Assembly (NCBI GenBank): GCA_030141605.1
Contig: JAQGDQ010001721.1
Span: 1-28,017 of the forward strand
Source: Tubiluchus corallicola
Lineage: Eukaryota > Animalia > Priapulida
DNA: 28,017 bases
Direction of reading: 5' to 3'
Position numbers and translations under genes: made by a program. This document shows positions 11,091-21,773 of the stretch, in pieces. A model generated the notes under the pieces. It had not been told where the DNA came from. It was given only the letters and a program-made list of their open reading frames with translations, and did no database searches. Numbering within the stretch: the stretch's first letter is position 1; every line of letters starts with the position of its first letter.

Positions 11091-11472
11091 CAGTCAACCC
11101 TCATTAAACCGGACTAATTGGGGTGGGTGGTCCGGTTTAGCCGATTGTCCGATTTATCCGATATGCCTATATATGGTCTATATTATACAGGAATAATCAC
11201 CTTAGTAAGGCTTATATCATTGCACCATATACTGTGCACTATATACTATACTGTATATTACTTTAACATAGTTAACCTGTGAGGATAAAGAAATTATTGT
11301 ACAGTTTGAATAATAAAAAAGTACAGTATACGTATATCGTGGTGAGTTGGTAGGCCGTGTTGTGTTTAGCGCTCCGGCTCGGTCGAAAATCGGTCAGTTT
11401 CCTTTACCACGGTCGACGTCCGTCTGATCCGATATCCGGGCTAACGGGGTCCGGTTTAACGAGGGTGGACTG
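11091..11472. mobile_element. pogo/Tigger-like MITE
   Basis: 24-bp TIR CAGTCAACCCTCATTAAACCGGAC (22/24 match to right end), TA on both sides. Confidence 0.88.
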
Positions 11473-11621
11473 TACTTATACAAATGATTGTCCTAATTAA
11501 ATATATTAAACGTTTTACGAAGTAGATGACTTATACAAAACATTTACTGCTGTGGTTTCCGTCTTGCACGATTTTTCTGTTCGTTAAACTTCCTAATCAT
11601 GAGTTTTCTTAAACTTTGCAG

Positions 11622-11737
11622 GCAAAAAATTTGCTGCACTGCTTCCCTTTGGACACGAAACTAAAAGACGGAAGTTTGTTCTGGCAGAGTCCGAGGCGAC
11701 CGCCCATTCCCCTGGAGTTCGACCCGAACAACGCAGC
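11622..11737 (+). CDS. UBA6: UBA6 exon 7: AKNLLHCFPLDTKLKDGSLFWQSPRRPPIPLEFDPNNA(A)
   Basis: ttgcag|GCA...GC|gtaagt; 116 nt. Confidence 0.96.
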
Positions 11738-11852
11738 GTAAGTCAAAATGAGAGCTTAGCTAAGTCTTCCAAAAGAACTGTGTTAGTGAAAACAGTGTTG
11801 TTGGACAGTGGTAACAATTATCTTAATGCAATCATTAATGGAAACCAGTATA

Positions 11853-13612
11853 GAGAAAGGTGACAGGTATGTTTAAGGTGCAACAACTGGTGACAAGAAA
11901 AGGTGACAGGTGTGTTTAAGGTGCAGGAACTGGTGACAAGAAAAGGTGACAGGTGTGTTTAAGGTGCAGGAACTGGTGACAAGAAAAGGTGACAGGTGTG
12001 TTTAAGGTGCAGGAACTGGTGACAAGAAAAGGTGACAAGTGTGTTTAAAGCACAAGAACTGGTGACAAGAAAAGGTGACAAGTGTGTTTAAAGCACAAGA
12101 ACTGGTGACAAGAAAAGGTGACAGGTGTGTTTAAGGTGCAAGAACTGGTGACAAGAAAAGGTGACACGTGTGTTTAAGGTGCAACAACTGGTGACAAGAA
12201 AAGGTGACAAGTGTGTTTAAAGCACAAGAACTGGTGACAAGAAAAGGTGACAAGTGTGTTTAAAGCACAAGAACTGGTGACAAGAAAAGGTGACAAGTGT
12301 GTTTAAGGTGTAAGAACTGGTGACAAGAAAAGGTGGCAGGTATGTTTAAAGCACAAGAACTGGTGACAAGAAAAGGTGACAGGTGTGTTTAAAGCACAAG
12401 AACTGGTGACAAGAAAAGGTGACAGGTGTGTTTAAGGTGCAAGAACTGGTGACAAGAAAAGGTGACAGGTGTGTTTAAGGTGCAAGAACTGGNNNNNNNN
12501 NNNNNNNNNNNNNNNNNNNNNNNNNNNNNNNNNNNNNNNNNNNNNNNNNNNNNNNNNNNNNNNNNNNNNNNNNNNNNNNNNNNNNNNNNNNNNNNNNNNN
12601 NNNNNNNNNNNNNNNNNNNNNNNNNNNNNNNNNNNNNNNNNNNNNNNNNNNNNNNNNNNNNNNNNNNNNNNNNNNNNNNNNNNNNNNNNNNNNNNNNNNN
12701 NNNNNNNNNNNNNNNNNNNNNNNNNNNNNNNNNNNNNNNNNNNNNNNNNNNNNNNNNNNNNNNNNNNNNNNNNNNNNNNNNNNNNNNNNNNNNNNNNNNN
12801 NNNNNNNNNNNNNNNNNNNNNNNNNNNNNNNNNNNNNNNNNNNNNNNNNNNNNNNNNNNNNNNNNNNNNNNNNNNNNNNNNNNNNNNNNNNNNNNNNNNN
12901 NNNNNNNNNNNNNNNNNNNNNNNNNNNNNNNNNNNNNNNNNNNNNNNNNNNNNNNNNACTGGTGACAAGAAAAGGTGACAGGTGTGTTTAAAGCACAAGA
13001 ACTGGTGACAAGAAAAGGTGACAAGTGTGTTTAAGGTGCAAGAACTGGTGACAAGAAAAGGTGACAGGTGTGTTTAAGGTGCAAGAACTGGTGACAAGAA
13101 AAGGTGACAGGTGTGTTTAAAGCACAAGAACTGGTGACAAGAAAAGGTGACAGGTGTGTTTAAAGCACAAGAACTGGTGACAAGAAAAGGTGACTAGTGT
13201 GTTTAAGGTACAACAACTGGTGACAAGAAAAGGTGACAAGTGTGTTTAAGGTGCAGGAACTGGTGACAAGAAAAGGTGACAAGTGTGTTTAAGGTGCAAG
13301 AACTGGTGACAAGAAAAGGTGACAAGTGTGTTTAAGGTGCAACAACTGGTGACAAGAAAAGGTGACAAGTGTGTTTAAGGTACAACAACTGGTGACAAGA
13401 AAAGGTGACAAGTGTGTTTAAGGTGCAACAACTGGTGACAAGGTGACAGGTGTGTTTAAGGTGCAACAACTGGTGACAAGAAAAGGTGACAGGTGTGTTT
13501 AAAGCACAAGAACTGGTGACAAGGTGACAGGTGTGTTCAAAGCACAAGATTTGGTGACAAAAAAAGTGACAAGTGTGTTTAAGGTGCAAAACTGGTGACA
13601 AGGAAAGGTGAC
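11853..13612. repeat. 43-bp minisatellite (ACTGGTGACAAGAAAAGGTGACAGGTGTGTTTAAGGTGCAAGA)n spanning an assembly gap
   Basis: Head-to-tail units with no unique spacers; about 30 units sequenced. Confidence 0.97.
12493..12957. other. Assembly gap (465 N)
   Basis: N run inside the minisatellite. Confidence 1.
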
Positions 13613-14112
13613 CAACTTTCTTCTTACATTGAACTTTAAAAAATTGTCTTGAAATTTTACACCACTTACATACTGCCATTTTGCATGCAGGGTTCCCGTC
13701 GGTAGTAACGCTGTATAAAACCTGTAAACTTAAACTCCTGCAGTGACTGCTAGACGCAGCTGTTTTGACGATAAGTCATGTGAAACAAGTTTAGATAACA
13801 CTGAGTAAAGTTTGAAAAGTAATCAGAACAGTCATAGCGCACAAGTCACTAATTAAGTAAAGTTTTAAATTACTGTATCTTGTCAATAAGATTAAAAATA
13901 TGTTTTTTGGTTAGTGAGTGGTGCACCCTGGAGGGTGAGTCAGCGACATTTTACCAATTTGTGAAAACATTTTAAATAATTAATAATTTTCTTTTCTAGT
14001 TACATATGTCTTTCAATCAGGTGAACGAAATGCTAAGTAAAATAGATTTGCGTGGAAAGTTTTTTGGGACATAATTTAACATTGCCTGTTCTTCCCCTGG
14101 TTTACATTGTGC

Positions 14113-14345
14113 ATATATGACGTCATGTAATGGCGCGGTCGGTACAGTGCCGTGCGAAATTTGAAATGAAAACAAACAAAAATATATGACGTCATGTAAT
14201 GGCATGGTCGGTACAGCGCCGTGCGAAATTTGAAATGAAAACAAACAAAAATTCTTTTCAACGCGAGTACGATATATGCATTAAATTGCTATAAACTAAT
14301 GTAATTTTTTCAAACGATTTTTCTCAAACCTACTTCGGATACGCC
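14113..14345 (-). repeat. Dispersed repeat copy (inverted relative to 26743-26915 and 27344-27530) with an internal 69-bp tandem duplication at 14113-14250
   Basis: AAAACAAACAAAAATTCTTTTCAACGCGAGTACGATATA is the near reverse complement of 26868-26908; duplicated unit contains TGACGTCA. Confidence 0.75.
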
Positions 14346-14463
14346 GTTTCTTGTCCGTTAAGTCCCGGTTGGAACTTGAGACCTAATGCCTGTTACTACG
14401 TACTAGACGCAATGCTTTGTTTGCACGAGCTCACGATGTGATTCCTTTGTTTATTTCTTCTAG

Positions 14464-14533
14464 GCACGTGGATTTCATAGCAACGACTGCAAAGTTGTAC
14501 GCCGTAATGCACAAGATGATTCCTTCCAGCGAG
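14464..14533 (+). CDS. UBA6: UBA6 exon 8: HVDFIATTAKLYAVMHKMIPSSE
   Basis: ttctag|G...GAG|gtatga; 70 nt; phase fits exon 7. Confidence 0.9.
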
Positions 14534-14575
14534 GTATGAAAAATTACGTGTGTGCATAACATAACTTTTCTATTA

Positions 14576-14942
14576 CCGTATTTTCCCGTGTATAAGAGAC
14601 CCTTTTTTGCTCAGAATTTTCACTTTAAAAATAGGGGGTCTCTTATACATGGGAGTAAGTGTAATGGAATGGTGTAAAGCCAGAGGTCATTATTAAATCT
14701 TTCAAGAAGTGTGGCATCTCCAATGCCATGGACGGCACAGAGGACAATGCCATTTTTGAGCAGAGTGACTCCTCTGATGATGAACTGGCTGGAATTGCTG
14801 AAGGTCTGACTCCAGTTGATATTTTTGATGAGAGTGATGAGGAATTTAATGATTTCTATGATGAATAAAGTTATTCATTACCAAAAAACTTTTTTCCAGA
14901 ATTTTTGCCTAAAAAGGGTCTCTTATACATGGGAAAATACGG
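14576..14942 (+). mobile_element. Internally deleted pogo-family transposon retaining the transposase C-terminus (14665-14868)
   Basis: TA|CCGTATTTTCCCGTGTATAAGAGACCC ... GGGTCTCTTATACATGGGAAAATACGG|TA; translation WNGVKPEVIIKSFKKCGISNAMDGTEDNAIFEQSDSSDDE...FNDFYDE*. Confidence 0.88.
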
Positions 14943-15160
14943 TAATTTCGGAAAAAGATTCATTCCTTTGAAATTATTAGCATCTTGAGCAGTTTAGCTC
15001 GTCTTTTTAACTAGATATAAGATATAAGCCATGCCGCCTGCACAGCGGACTATAACCACGCAGTCTTGAGTTCAAATCTAGAGGCTGGTAGGTCACATAC
15101 CCCACATATTAGTGTGCTGCATTCCTTACCTGTATTGTTGTAAGTGTAAGCCGCTAACTA

Positions 15161-15264
15161 GACTACGGCCAAATCACATTGAAAACACCGGTTCTCATCT
15201 GATCACCGAAGTTGAGCAATGTAGAGCCTGGTTAGTTCTTGGATGGGTGACCGCTTAGGAATAC
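15161..15264 (+). pseudogene. 5S rRNA-derived sequence (about first 104 nt), head of a composite retroelement
   Basis: GACTACGGCCAAATCACATTGAAAACACCGGTTCTCATCTGATCACCGAAGTTGAGCAATGTAGAGCCTGGTTAGTTCTTGGATGGGTGACCGCTTAGGAATAC follows animal 5S, including box A and box C; substitutions present, 3' end replaced, no oligo-T terminator. Confidence 0.9.
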
Positions 15265-15605
15265 ACCATGTGTAGAGGAGTAAACCTTCCAAATCAGGAG
15301 TGGAGCCCTGAAGGCGGATCAGTGCAGCATGCTCACTGACTCCGGCAGCTCCTGCAGCCAACCGGGTGCCAAACGTATCGCTCCGCTTTCCTTTGGACTA
15401 CACCAGGGAGGAAGAGAGGGGGTTCCTGTTGTCTGAGCAACTCAGGATCTCCGTACACCTTGCAAGGCGTGCGCCCTAAAGACGTTCAAGGATCGCACTG
15501 CTCAGCCACAGTCGACGCTGCAGCTCCATCAATGTGATCAATAACTGACTCTCTTGGCGCACACGCCATTGTCTTCAGAGACAGAAGGATGCCAATAACC
15601 AACCA
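15265..15605 (+). mobile_element. Non-autonomous RTE-derived element (family R), copy 1
   Basis: Near-identical to 22964-23296; last ~110 nt match the LINE 3' end at 16287-16411 (minus strand). Confidence 0.85.
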
Positions 15606-15817
15606 TGGTTGGTTTTTTTTTTGTGGTTGGGGGTTTGTGTTTTGTTGGGTTTGTTTGGGTTTGTTGTGGGTTTTTTTTTTGGGTTTTGTGTGTTGGTGTT
15701 TGGTTGGTGGTGGTGTGGGGGGTTTTTGTGGTGTTTTGTGTGTGTTTGTGTTTTTTTTTGTTTGTGTTTTTTTTGTGTTGTGTGTGGTGTTGTGTGTGTT
15801 TTTTTTTTGTTGTTTTT
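15606..15817. repeat. 212-nt aperiodic tract containing only G and T
   Basis: No A or C between 15606 and 15817. Confidence 0.95.
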
Positions 15818-16176
15818 AATAAGACTCTCTTGGCGCATTTGTTTGGGGGGCCAACCAACCATTTTTTAAGTCGCTAAACAGCCGTTAGTGAGCACTAATA
15901 TTGTCTGTTAAATGAACGACGTTACAACCGAACGAAGAAGTAAATGTTTTTGTCTTAGTCTTGGGTAAGATGTAAGATACGTTTATATCACATAAATTAC
16001 AATAGAATGCAAATGAGCCAAAGTCAAAGCTGTTTTTACAGGAAAATATTTGTGCATTAACTTGTTATGCATGAATCCAACAAATGCTTCTTCAGTGGGT
16101 TAATCAGACTATTGGAAAAGCTCAGTGTAGAAGTACACTCTATTTTTACTACGTAGGCATAAACATTTTATTGGTC

Positions 16177-16177
<1 letters not shown>

Positions 16178-16241
<64 letters not shown>

Positions 16242-16242
16242 C
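16178..16242. repeat. (TA)n microsatellite
   Basis: Direct reading. Confidence 0.95.
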
Positions 16243-16286
16243 ACATTAAAGTGCATAGTATTATGTACTATTATATACATTGGTCA

Positions 16287-16589
16287 TTGTTGTTGTTGTT
16301 GTTGGCGTCCTTCTGTCTCGAAAGACAATGGATTATGCGCCAAGAGAGTCAGTTATTGATCACATTGATGGAGCTGCAGCGTCGACTGTGACTGAGCGGT
16401 CCGATCCTTGAGCGGCAGTTCCGGCTGCAGGTTGCACATTGGAAGGCTGTTTCATCCGGGTGAGGTAGTGCATCTTTCTGATGCCTGCGAGTCCCTTTAT
16501 CCTCTTGTTTTTTCTCCCTCGTTTTCTCCGCTCTGTTAATGGCTGTCCTAACAGCAGATTTTCAGTTGCTTCGATCTGCCGCAAGCGCC
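16287..16589 (-). mobile_element. 5'-truncated RTE (BovB-like) LINE, 3' end with (CAA)n tail
   Basis: Minus-strand translation ALAADRSN*KSAVRTAINRAEKTREKK...AFQCATCSRNCRSRIGPLSHSRRCSS (C-terminal CxxC..SRIG..SH motif), then CCATTGTCTTTCGAGACAGAAGGACGC(CAA)n. Confidence 0.85.
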
Positions 16590-16673
16590 TATATATATGA
16601 CCAATAAAATGACCCGGCAAACCGAGATAGGAGTATACTCCTGTTCTTTAACTGCAATTTTTTTTCTTGTTAG

Positions 16674-16745
16674 GACGTAGATCCCGAAAAATTACAAAGA
16701 ATAATAGCTGGTGTCGTCGTACCTGAATTTAGACCCTCATCAAAG
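16674..16745 (+). CDS. UBA6: UBA6 exon 9: DVDPEKLQRIIAGVVVPEFRPSSK
   Basis: tgttag|GAC...AAG|gtatcg; 72 nt; VPEFxP motif. Confidence 0.9.
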
Positions 16746-17627
16746 GTATCGTTCTATTTTTATTGTTTTTCTATATCTTAGATAGAAATGCTGTAATGAA
16801 TACAAAACACCAGTTTAACGTGCCGACCAAAAGTTTCTTTATTCTGAAATACAATTATTAACATTTAGTTTAATTTGCATTGAGTAGAAGAGAATTAGTC
16901 GCATGATTAAATGTATTGCTATAACTAGGAACTGATATAAAAATTATGTAAACTATATTGAAATTAATTAAGAATAACTTGCATTGTTAGAGCCTTTAAC
17001 AGTTACAAAGACAGGAATGAGAACTCCAAGTTGCCTTAAGAACAACAATGTCACAACAATAAATTCGTAAGAAATTCACAGTCATAATGCTCATCACAGT
17101 CAGAAAAATAGAGCAATGGCGGAGAGAACCAAAAGACGGGTAAAATGTCATACAACTACTACAGCTATAGCTCACGAAAGGCCAAAATACTAATGTATTC
17201 AAGAATATTAGGTGCTTCAGTTTTAAAAGAGTGGCTACTGTAAAAGGTAAAAAGCCTACTAAATAAACAAACAGGTGGCAGCACCATGGCAGTAATTGAG
17301 AACTAAGTTAAAACCAAAAAGGGCTATGCACCCACTACAAATGCTTATTAGTTTTTTTTGGAAAAAATTATGAAATGTAAACTAAGATTAACGTGAGAGT
17401 ATAAACAGTAAAAAAAAGGTTGTCTAGTAAGTACGTCGAAACTTTGACTGTGCTTGCAATTATAATGCCTATTCACACCGAAGATGTGCAGCAGCAGGTG
17501 GAAAAATCGTTTGCGATAATTCTTCAAACCAATGCTTTGTAAGGCACATTTCACATAGAGGCGTTAAACGTTACATTTGCCTTTCGATGAGTTTTTTTAG
17601 TTTGGTAAATGACTGTTCTTATTGTTG

Positions 17628-17770
17628 AACGGGGTTATAGTTCAATGGTAATATGTTCGCTTTCCACCCGGGAGGTCACGGGTGCAAACTCTTGGCGAGA
17701 CATAAAAAAATGGTACCGCTAGTTCTTCTACCAAACACGCAGGTTATACTTGTATGGTCCAGAGCACGTG
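17628..17770 (+). mobile_element. Decayed tRNA-derived SINE head and body; may continue at ~17919-18150 after an insertion
   Basis: A-box-like TAGTTCAATGGTA, GCTTTCC..GGGAGGTC, decayed B box, then GACATAAAAAAATGGTAC; related to SINE at 26297-26543. Confidence 0.55.
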
Positions 17771-18523
17771 ATTAGATTTGATTTGATTTTGATTTAATTT
17801 TTTATTTCAAACATGAGTTCATATTAAAATTGACGTATATACAACGTACAACATCGTAAAAACAAAAACCAATACAAACAAATCACACAAACTTACATAT
17901 ACCTAAAAATTAGAATAATGGTCTCCTCTGTTGCTGTCTTATGCAGTCCACTTTGCTTCTCAGCCAAGCACAGTGGACGCCAGCAATGCAGTGTGCTGTT
18001 GTGCACATGTGGCCAGATGCACATGTCTGAGCCCAGGTAGAAAAAGTACTGTCACTCATGCAATGTGCTGTCAGTTGTCACGTGCTTAAAAGCCGTGTAC
18101 CGGCATATGATTGAGGTGCTACAATTTAGACTATTCATAAGCAAACAATATTTTTTATTTAGGACTTATCAAGTTTATGTATAAATTTTCCTATCTTCAT
18201 TTGTTTGAAATTACAGTTAGAAATTAGAACATTAAAATTACATATGTTTATTTTGTTTTACATAGTATTAAAACAATTGCTAAACATTTTCTGAAGCAAA
18301 ACCGTCACTAATTTTAGCTACGAGCCACTGCCTCAAGGCCTAGTCTATTTTTATTTTGTTTATTTTGTTTATTTTATTACGAAAACACCAAACAACAATG
18401 CAATATAGCAGAATACATTATGATCACATGGTATGCATAGTTACGTTAATTTCATAATAAAATCGACATGGCATGATATCTATATAAATTGGCATGATAT
18501 CTATATAAATTGTCGCCTGCACT

Positions 18524-18845
18524 GTAAAAATGATGGAATGATAGTGGAGAGTGCAGGAGATGGGAATTAGTAGGATTAGGTTAGTGAAATGAGTGCAAAA
18601 AGGGAAGGTAAAAATGATGGAATGATAGTGGAGAGTGCAGGAGATGGGAATTAGTAGGATTAGGTTAGTGAAATGAGTGCAAAAAGGGAAGGTAAAAATG
18701 ATGGAATGATAGTGGAGAGTGCAGGAGATGGGAATTAGTAGGATTAGGTTAGTGAAATGAGTGCAAAAAGGGAAGGTAAAAATGATGGAATGATAGTGGA
18801 GAGTGCAGGAGATGAGAATTAGTAGGATGAGGTTAGAGAAATGAT
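18524..18845. repeat. Purine-rich tandem repeat, 84-bp unit x~3.8
   Basis: GTAAAAATGATGGAATGATAGTGGAGAG... at 18524, 18608, 18692, 18776. Confidence 0.95.
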
Positions 18846-18898
18846 GTGAATGAGAATAAATAGGAGATTGCTATTAGGACATCGCAAAAATATATCAA

Positions 18899-19108
18899 CA
18901 GTTATGAACAGAAGTACACTATGGACCAGTCTATGAACAGAAGTACACTATGGGCCAGTCTATGAACAGAAGTACACTGTGGGCCAGTCTATGAACAGAA
19001 GTACACTGTGGGCCAGTCTATGAACAGAAGTAGACTGTGGGCCAGTCTATGAACAGAAGTACACTGTGGGCCAGTCTATGAACAGAAGTGCACTATATGG
19101 GCCAGTCT
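18899..19108. repeat. 29-bp minisatellite x~7 (CAGTCTATGAACAGAAGTACACTGTGGGC)
   Basis: Direct reading. Confidence 0.95.
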
Positions 19109-19487
19109 GTCGCTTATCGTGAATGTGAACATGCGTCCTATACTATGCAAGCTTAATCTTTAATATGAATTTAAGAATGAATTTTCAAACTTTTTTAATT
19201 GCTATTTGCTATTTTTATTGTTTATTGTTATTGTTATTGTTATTGTTTAGTGTTTGTTGTTTATTTGCTATTTTAATTGTTAGCAACTTCTTTCCAGAAG
19301 TACTTTAATTTTAGCGCAAAATTTAGTGAATTGTTGTCGTGATTTCGTTAATAATGTCGTTAATACCTCGGTGTGCTTGAAAGCCAAGACATATGATGCA
19401 GTGTCTCCATATTGCCATTAGAGAAACTTGTGTAATGCGTTCTACATTACAGCGCTGTACAAGCTGTTGAAAGGAAACTGCTTAGTG

Positions 19488-19969
19488 CAGGGGTGTGCAA
19501 ATTGCGGCCCGTCGAGAGAATTTGTGCGGCCCGGGAAGAGATTTGTCAACCTAATGAAAGTGCGGCCCGGGAGATTAATTGAGTGTATACAGCTGAAGTC
19601 CGTGCCACGATCCCAAAGATAGTGCGGGTAGTTTTTTCTACTAGATCGGATGCCATTAACCCTTACAAGACGGTTGTAGCTTAATGTCACTGTATTACAC
19701 AGACTGTGTGATACACATTACTAATATGCATTGTAATAAAATTACCACTATCTGTCCTGAAAGTAGAAATATATGGTTTGTAATATAAATTTTAATAACT
19801 TCTAAAATAGTTTCTTGAGTGTAGCAGTAATGATGTACGCAGGTCGGATGCAAAAAAATCCTTATTAGGCCTTTCTGTATTTGGCTCCTTGATCAAACTG
19901 CCTGTGGCTCGCAGGAATTGCGAGAAAGTTTAATGTGGCCCGGCTAGTCAGATAATTTGCACACCCCTG
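19488..19969. mobile_element. hAT (Charlie-like) MITE
   Basis: Perfect 16-bp TIR CAGGGGTGTGCAAATT; perfect 8-bp TSD GCTTAGTG; subterminal TGCGGCCC repeats. Confidence 0.93.
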
Positions 19970-19996
19970 GCTTAGTGGTTCTTTGTTCTTATTTAG

Positions 19997-20117
19997 GTAA
20001 TAGAAACTGATGAATCAGTTAAACGACCCGATGTACAGGATGTTCAAAGCGTAGATGATGTACAGCATTATGTAAATCTACTGGAACAGAATGTCAAGTC
20101 CGATAGCTTAGCAGCAG
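19997..20117 (+). CDS. UBA6: UBA6 exon 10: VIETDESVKRPDVQDVQSVDDVQHYVNLLEQNVKSDSLAA(D)
   Basis: atttag|GTA...GCAG|gtacaa; 121 nt, ends phase 1. Confidence 0.88.
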
Positions 20118-20200
20118 GTACAAAACCTAGTTTTTCATTCTTTTGTCATTATTTAAACTAAAGTTGTTTGGTACAGTGGAGCACACTGATCTTTCGCCAT

Positions 20201-20926
20201 TGAGATATTGTCATTTTTTAGTGAGATATTGTCATTTGTTGTGAGATATTGTCATTTTAGTGAGATATTGGCATTTTTAGTGAGATATTGTCATTTTTAG
20301 TGAGATATTGTCAGTTTAGGTGAGATATTGTCACTTTTAGTGAAGTATTGTCACTTTTAGTGAGGTATTGTCATTTTTAGTGAGATATTGTCATTTGTGG
20401 TGAGATATTGTCATTTTTAGTGAAGTATTGTCATTTTTAGTGAGGTATTGTCATTTTTAGTGAGATATTGTCATTTGTGGTGAGGTATTGTCATTTTTAG
20501 TGAGATATTGTCATTTTTAGTGAGATATTGTCATTTTTAGTGAGATATTGTCATTTTTAGTGAAGTATTGTCACTTTTAGTGAGGTATTGTCATTTTTAG
20601 TGAGATATTGTTGTTTTAGTGAGATATTGTCATTTTAGTGAGATATTGTCATTTTTAGTGAGATATTGTCATTTTAGTGAGATATTGTCATTTTAGTGAG
20701 ATATTGTCATTTTAGTGAGGTATTGTCATTTTTAGTGAGATATTGTCATTTTAGTGAGGTATTGTCATTTTAGTGAGATATTGTCATTTTTACTGAGATA
20801 TTGTCATTTTTAGTGAGATATTGTCATTTTTAGTGAGATATTGTCATTTTTAGTGAGATATTGTCATTTTTAGTGAAGTCATTTTTAGTGAAGTATTGTC
20901 ACTTTCAGTGAGATTATTGTCATTTG
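20201..20926. repeat. ~20-bp minisatellite (TGAGATATTGTCATTTTTAG)n, about 36 units
   Basis: Direct reading; 19-21-bp variants. Confidence 0.97.
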
Positions 20927-20973
20927 CACCCCCCAGTTTAGTGCATTAATACATTTAATTTGCATTCCAAATA

Positions 20974-21409
20974 CACTCGTATCTCGGTTTGCCAGACCTC
21001 GCTTCTATGGACATCGGAAAATTCAGACAAAATCTGGTCCGTTAAAAATCCCACATAATATGGACACAGTCTGTTATTTCGCGAGCTGACCGCTAGTTGG
21101 CAGGCCGTCACTTGGTTTACGTCACGTACATCGGTATAACTACGTGTATATCTCTATGTATAAAGATATAGAATCAATTGTGCAGAGTTATTTGAGTCAA
21201 TTGCAGACAGTTTTTATATACTTTTGCATAGGAGCGGCCAGTACTTAGACGTTTTTGAGACAATTAGGTAATTGATTGTACTTTACCATGAGTTAAATAC
21301 ATGTACGGCGCGGCGCCTACGGTATTAACTTAGCGTCGGAATATACGGACAGTCGGCAAATTCGGACCGATGTCCCCCCACTTTTGTCCGGCACACCGAG
21401 ATACGAGTG
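20974..21409. mobile_element. MITE family B (Tc1/mariner-pogo type), copy 1
   Basis: TA|CACTCGTATCTCGG ... CCGAGATACGAGTG|TA. Confidence 0.9.
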
Positions 21410-21548
21410 TAAAGCATGAAGAAGATTATCCAGTACACTTGATGATATTTTGAAAAGTAACAAGTAAGCGTCACAGTAACTTATATGTTTTAAATATTTG
21501 TGTATACTGTTTTACTTGAACTTGTCTTTACTGCGTTGTTTCGCATAG

Positions 21549-21628
21549 ATTCGTTGACTATGGTGCAACAACAATTTGAAAAAGACGACGACGAAAACGG
21601 TCACGTGGATTTTGTAACTGCTGCTTCA
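21549..21628 (+). CDS. UBA6: UBA6 exon 11: (D)SLTMVQQQFEKDDDENGHVDFVTAAS
   Basis: gcatag|AT...TCA|gtgagt; 80 nt; FEKDDD.N.H.DF motif. Confidence 0.96.
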
Positions 21629-21773
21629 GTGAGTGTTTAAAAATGACATTAGTTGTAATTAGATGTTCTTTTATCCATCACTTCTATCCCTACTTTGCAC
21701 AACTCTTTTTTTAAATTGCCTAAAAACCTTCGGTTTTTTGTTCTTTTTTCTCACTATTTAATTTTTCTCATTA

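Noticed and set aside
11853-13612. CRISPR-like array (also 18899-19108 and 20201-20926)
   Set aside because: Units are head-to-tail with no unique spacers, there are no cas genes, and the context is a eukaryotic intron.
12389-13679. Long ORFs in the ORF track
   Set aside because: Produced by the N gap and the minisatellite.
15028-15146. Possible tRNA-SINE (B box GAGTTCAAATC) hosting the 5S composite insertion
   Set aside because: Only the B box is convincing; boundaries could not be supported.
15161-15280. Functional 5S rRNA gene
   Set aside because: Single copy, substitutions in conserved positions, 3' end replaced by a retroelement and no oligo-T terminator.
15538-15877. Five overlapping K/T/H/Q- or V/F/C/G-rich ORFs
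   Set aside because: A G/T-only tract cannot contain stop codons on either strand.
16360-16620. 86-aa minus-strand ORF as a gene
   Set aside because: It is an alternative frame of the RTE LINE remnant; the LINE frame carries a stop.
16996-17554. Two 68-aa minus-strand ORFs
   Set aside because: No recognisable motif or splice-consistent structure; probably chance or very old repeat.
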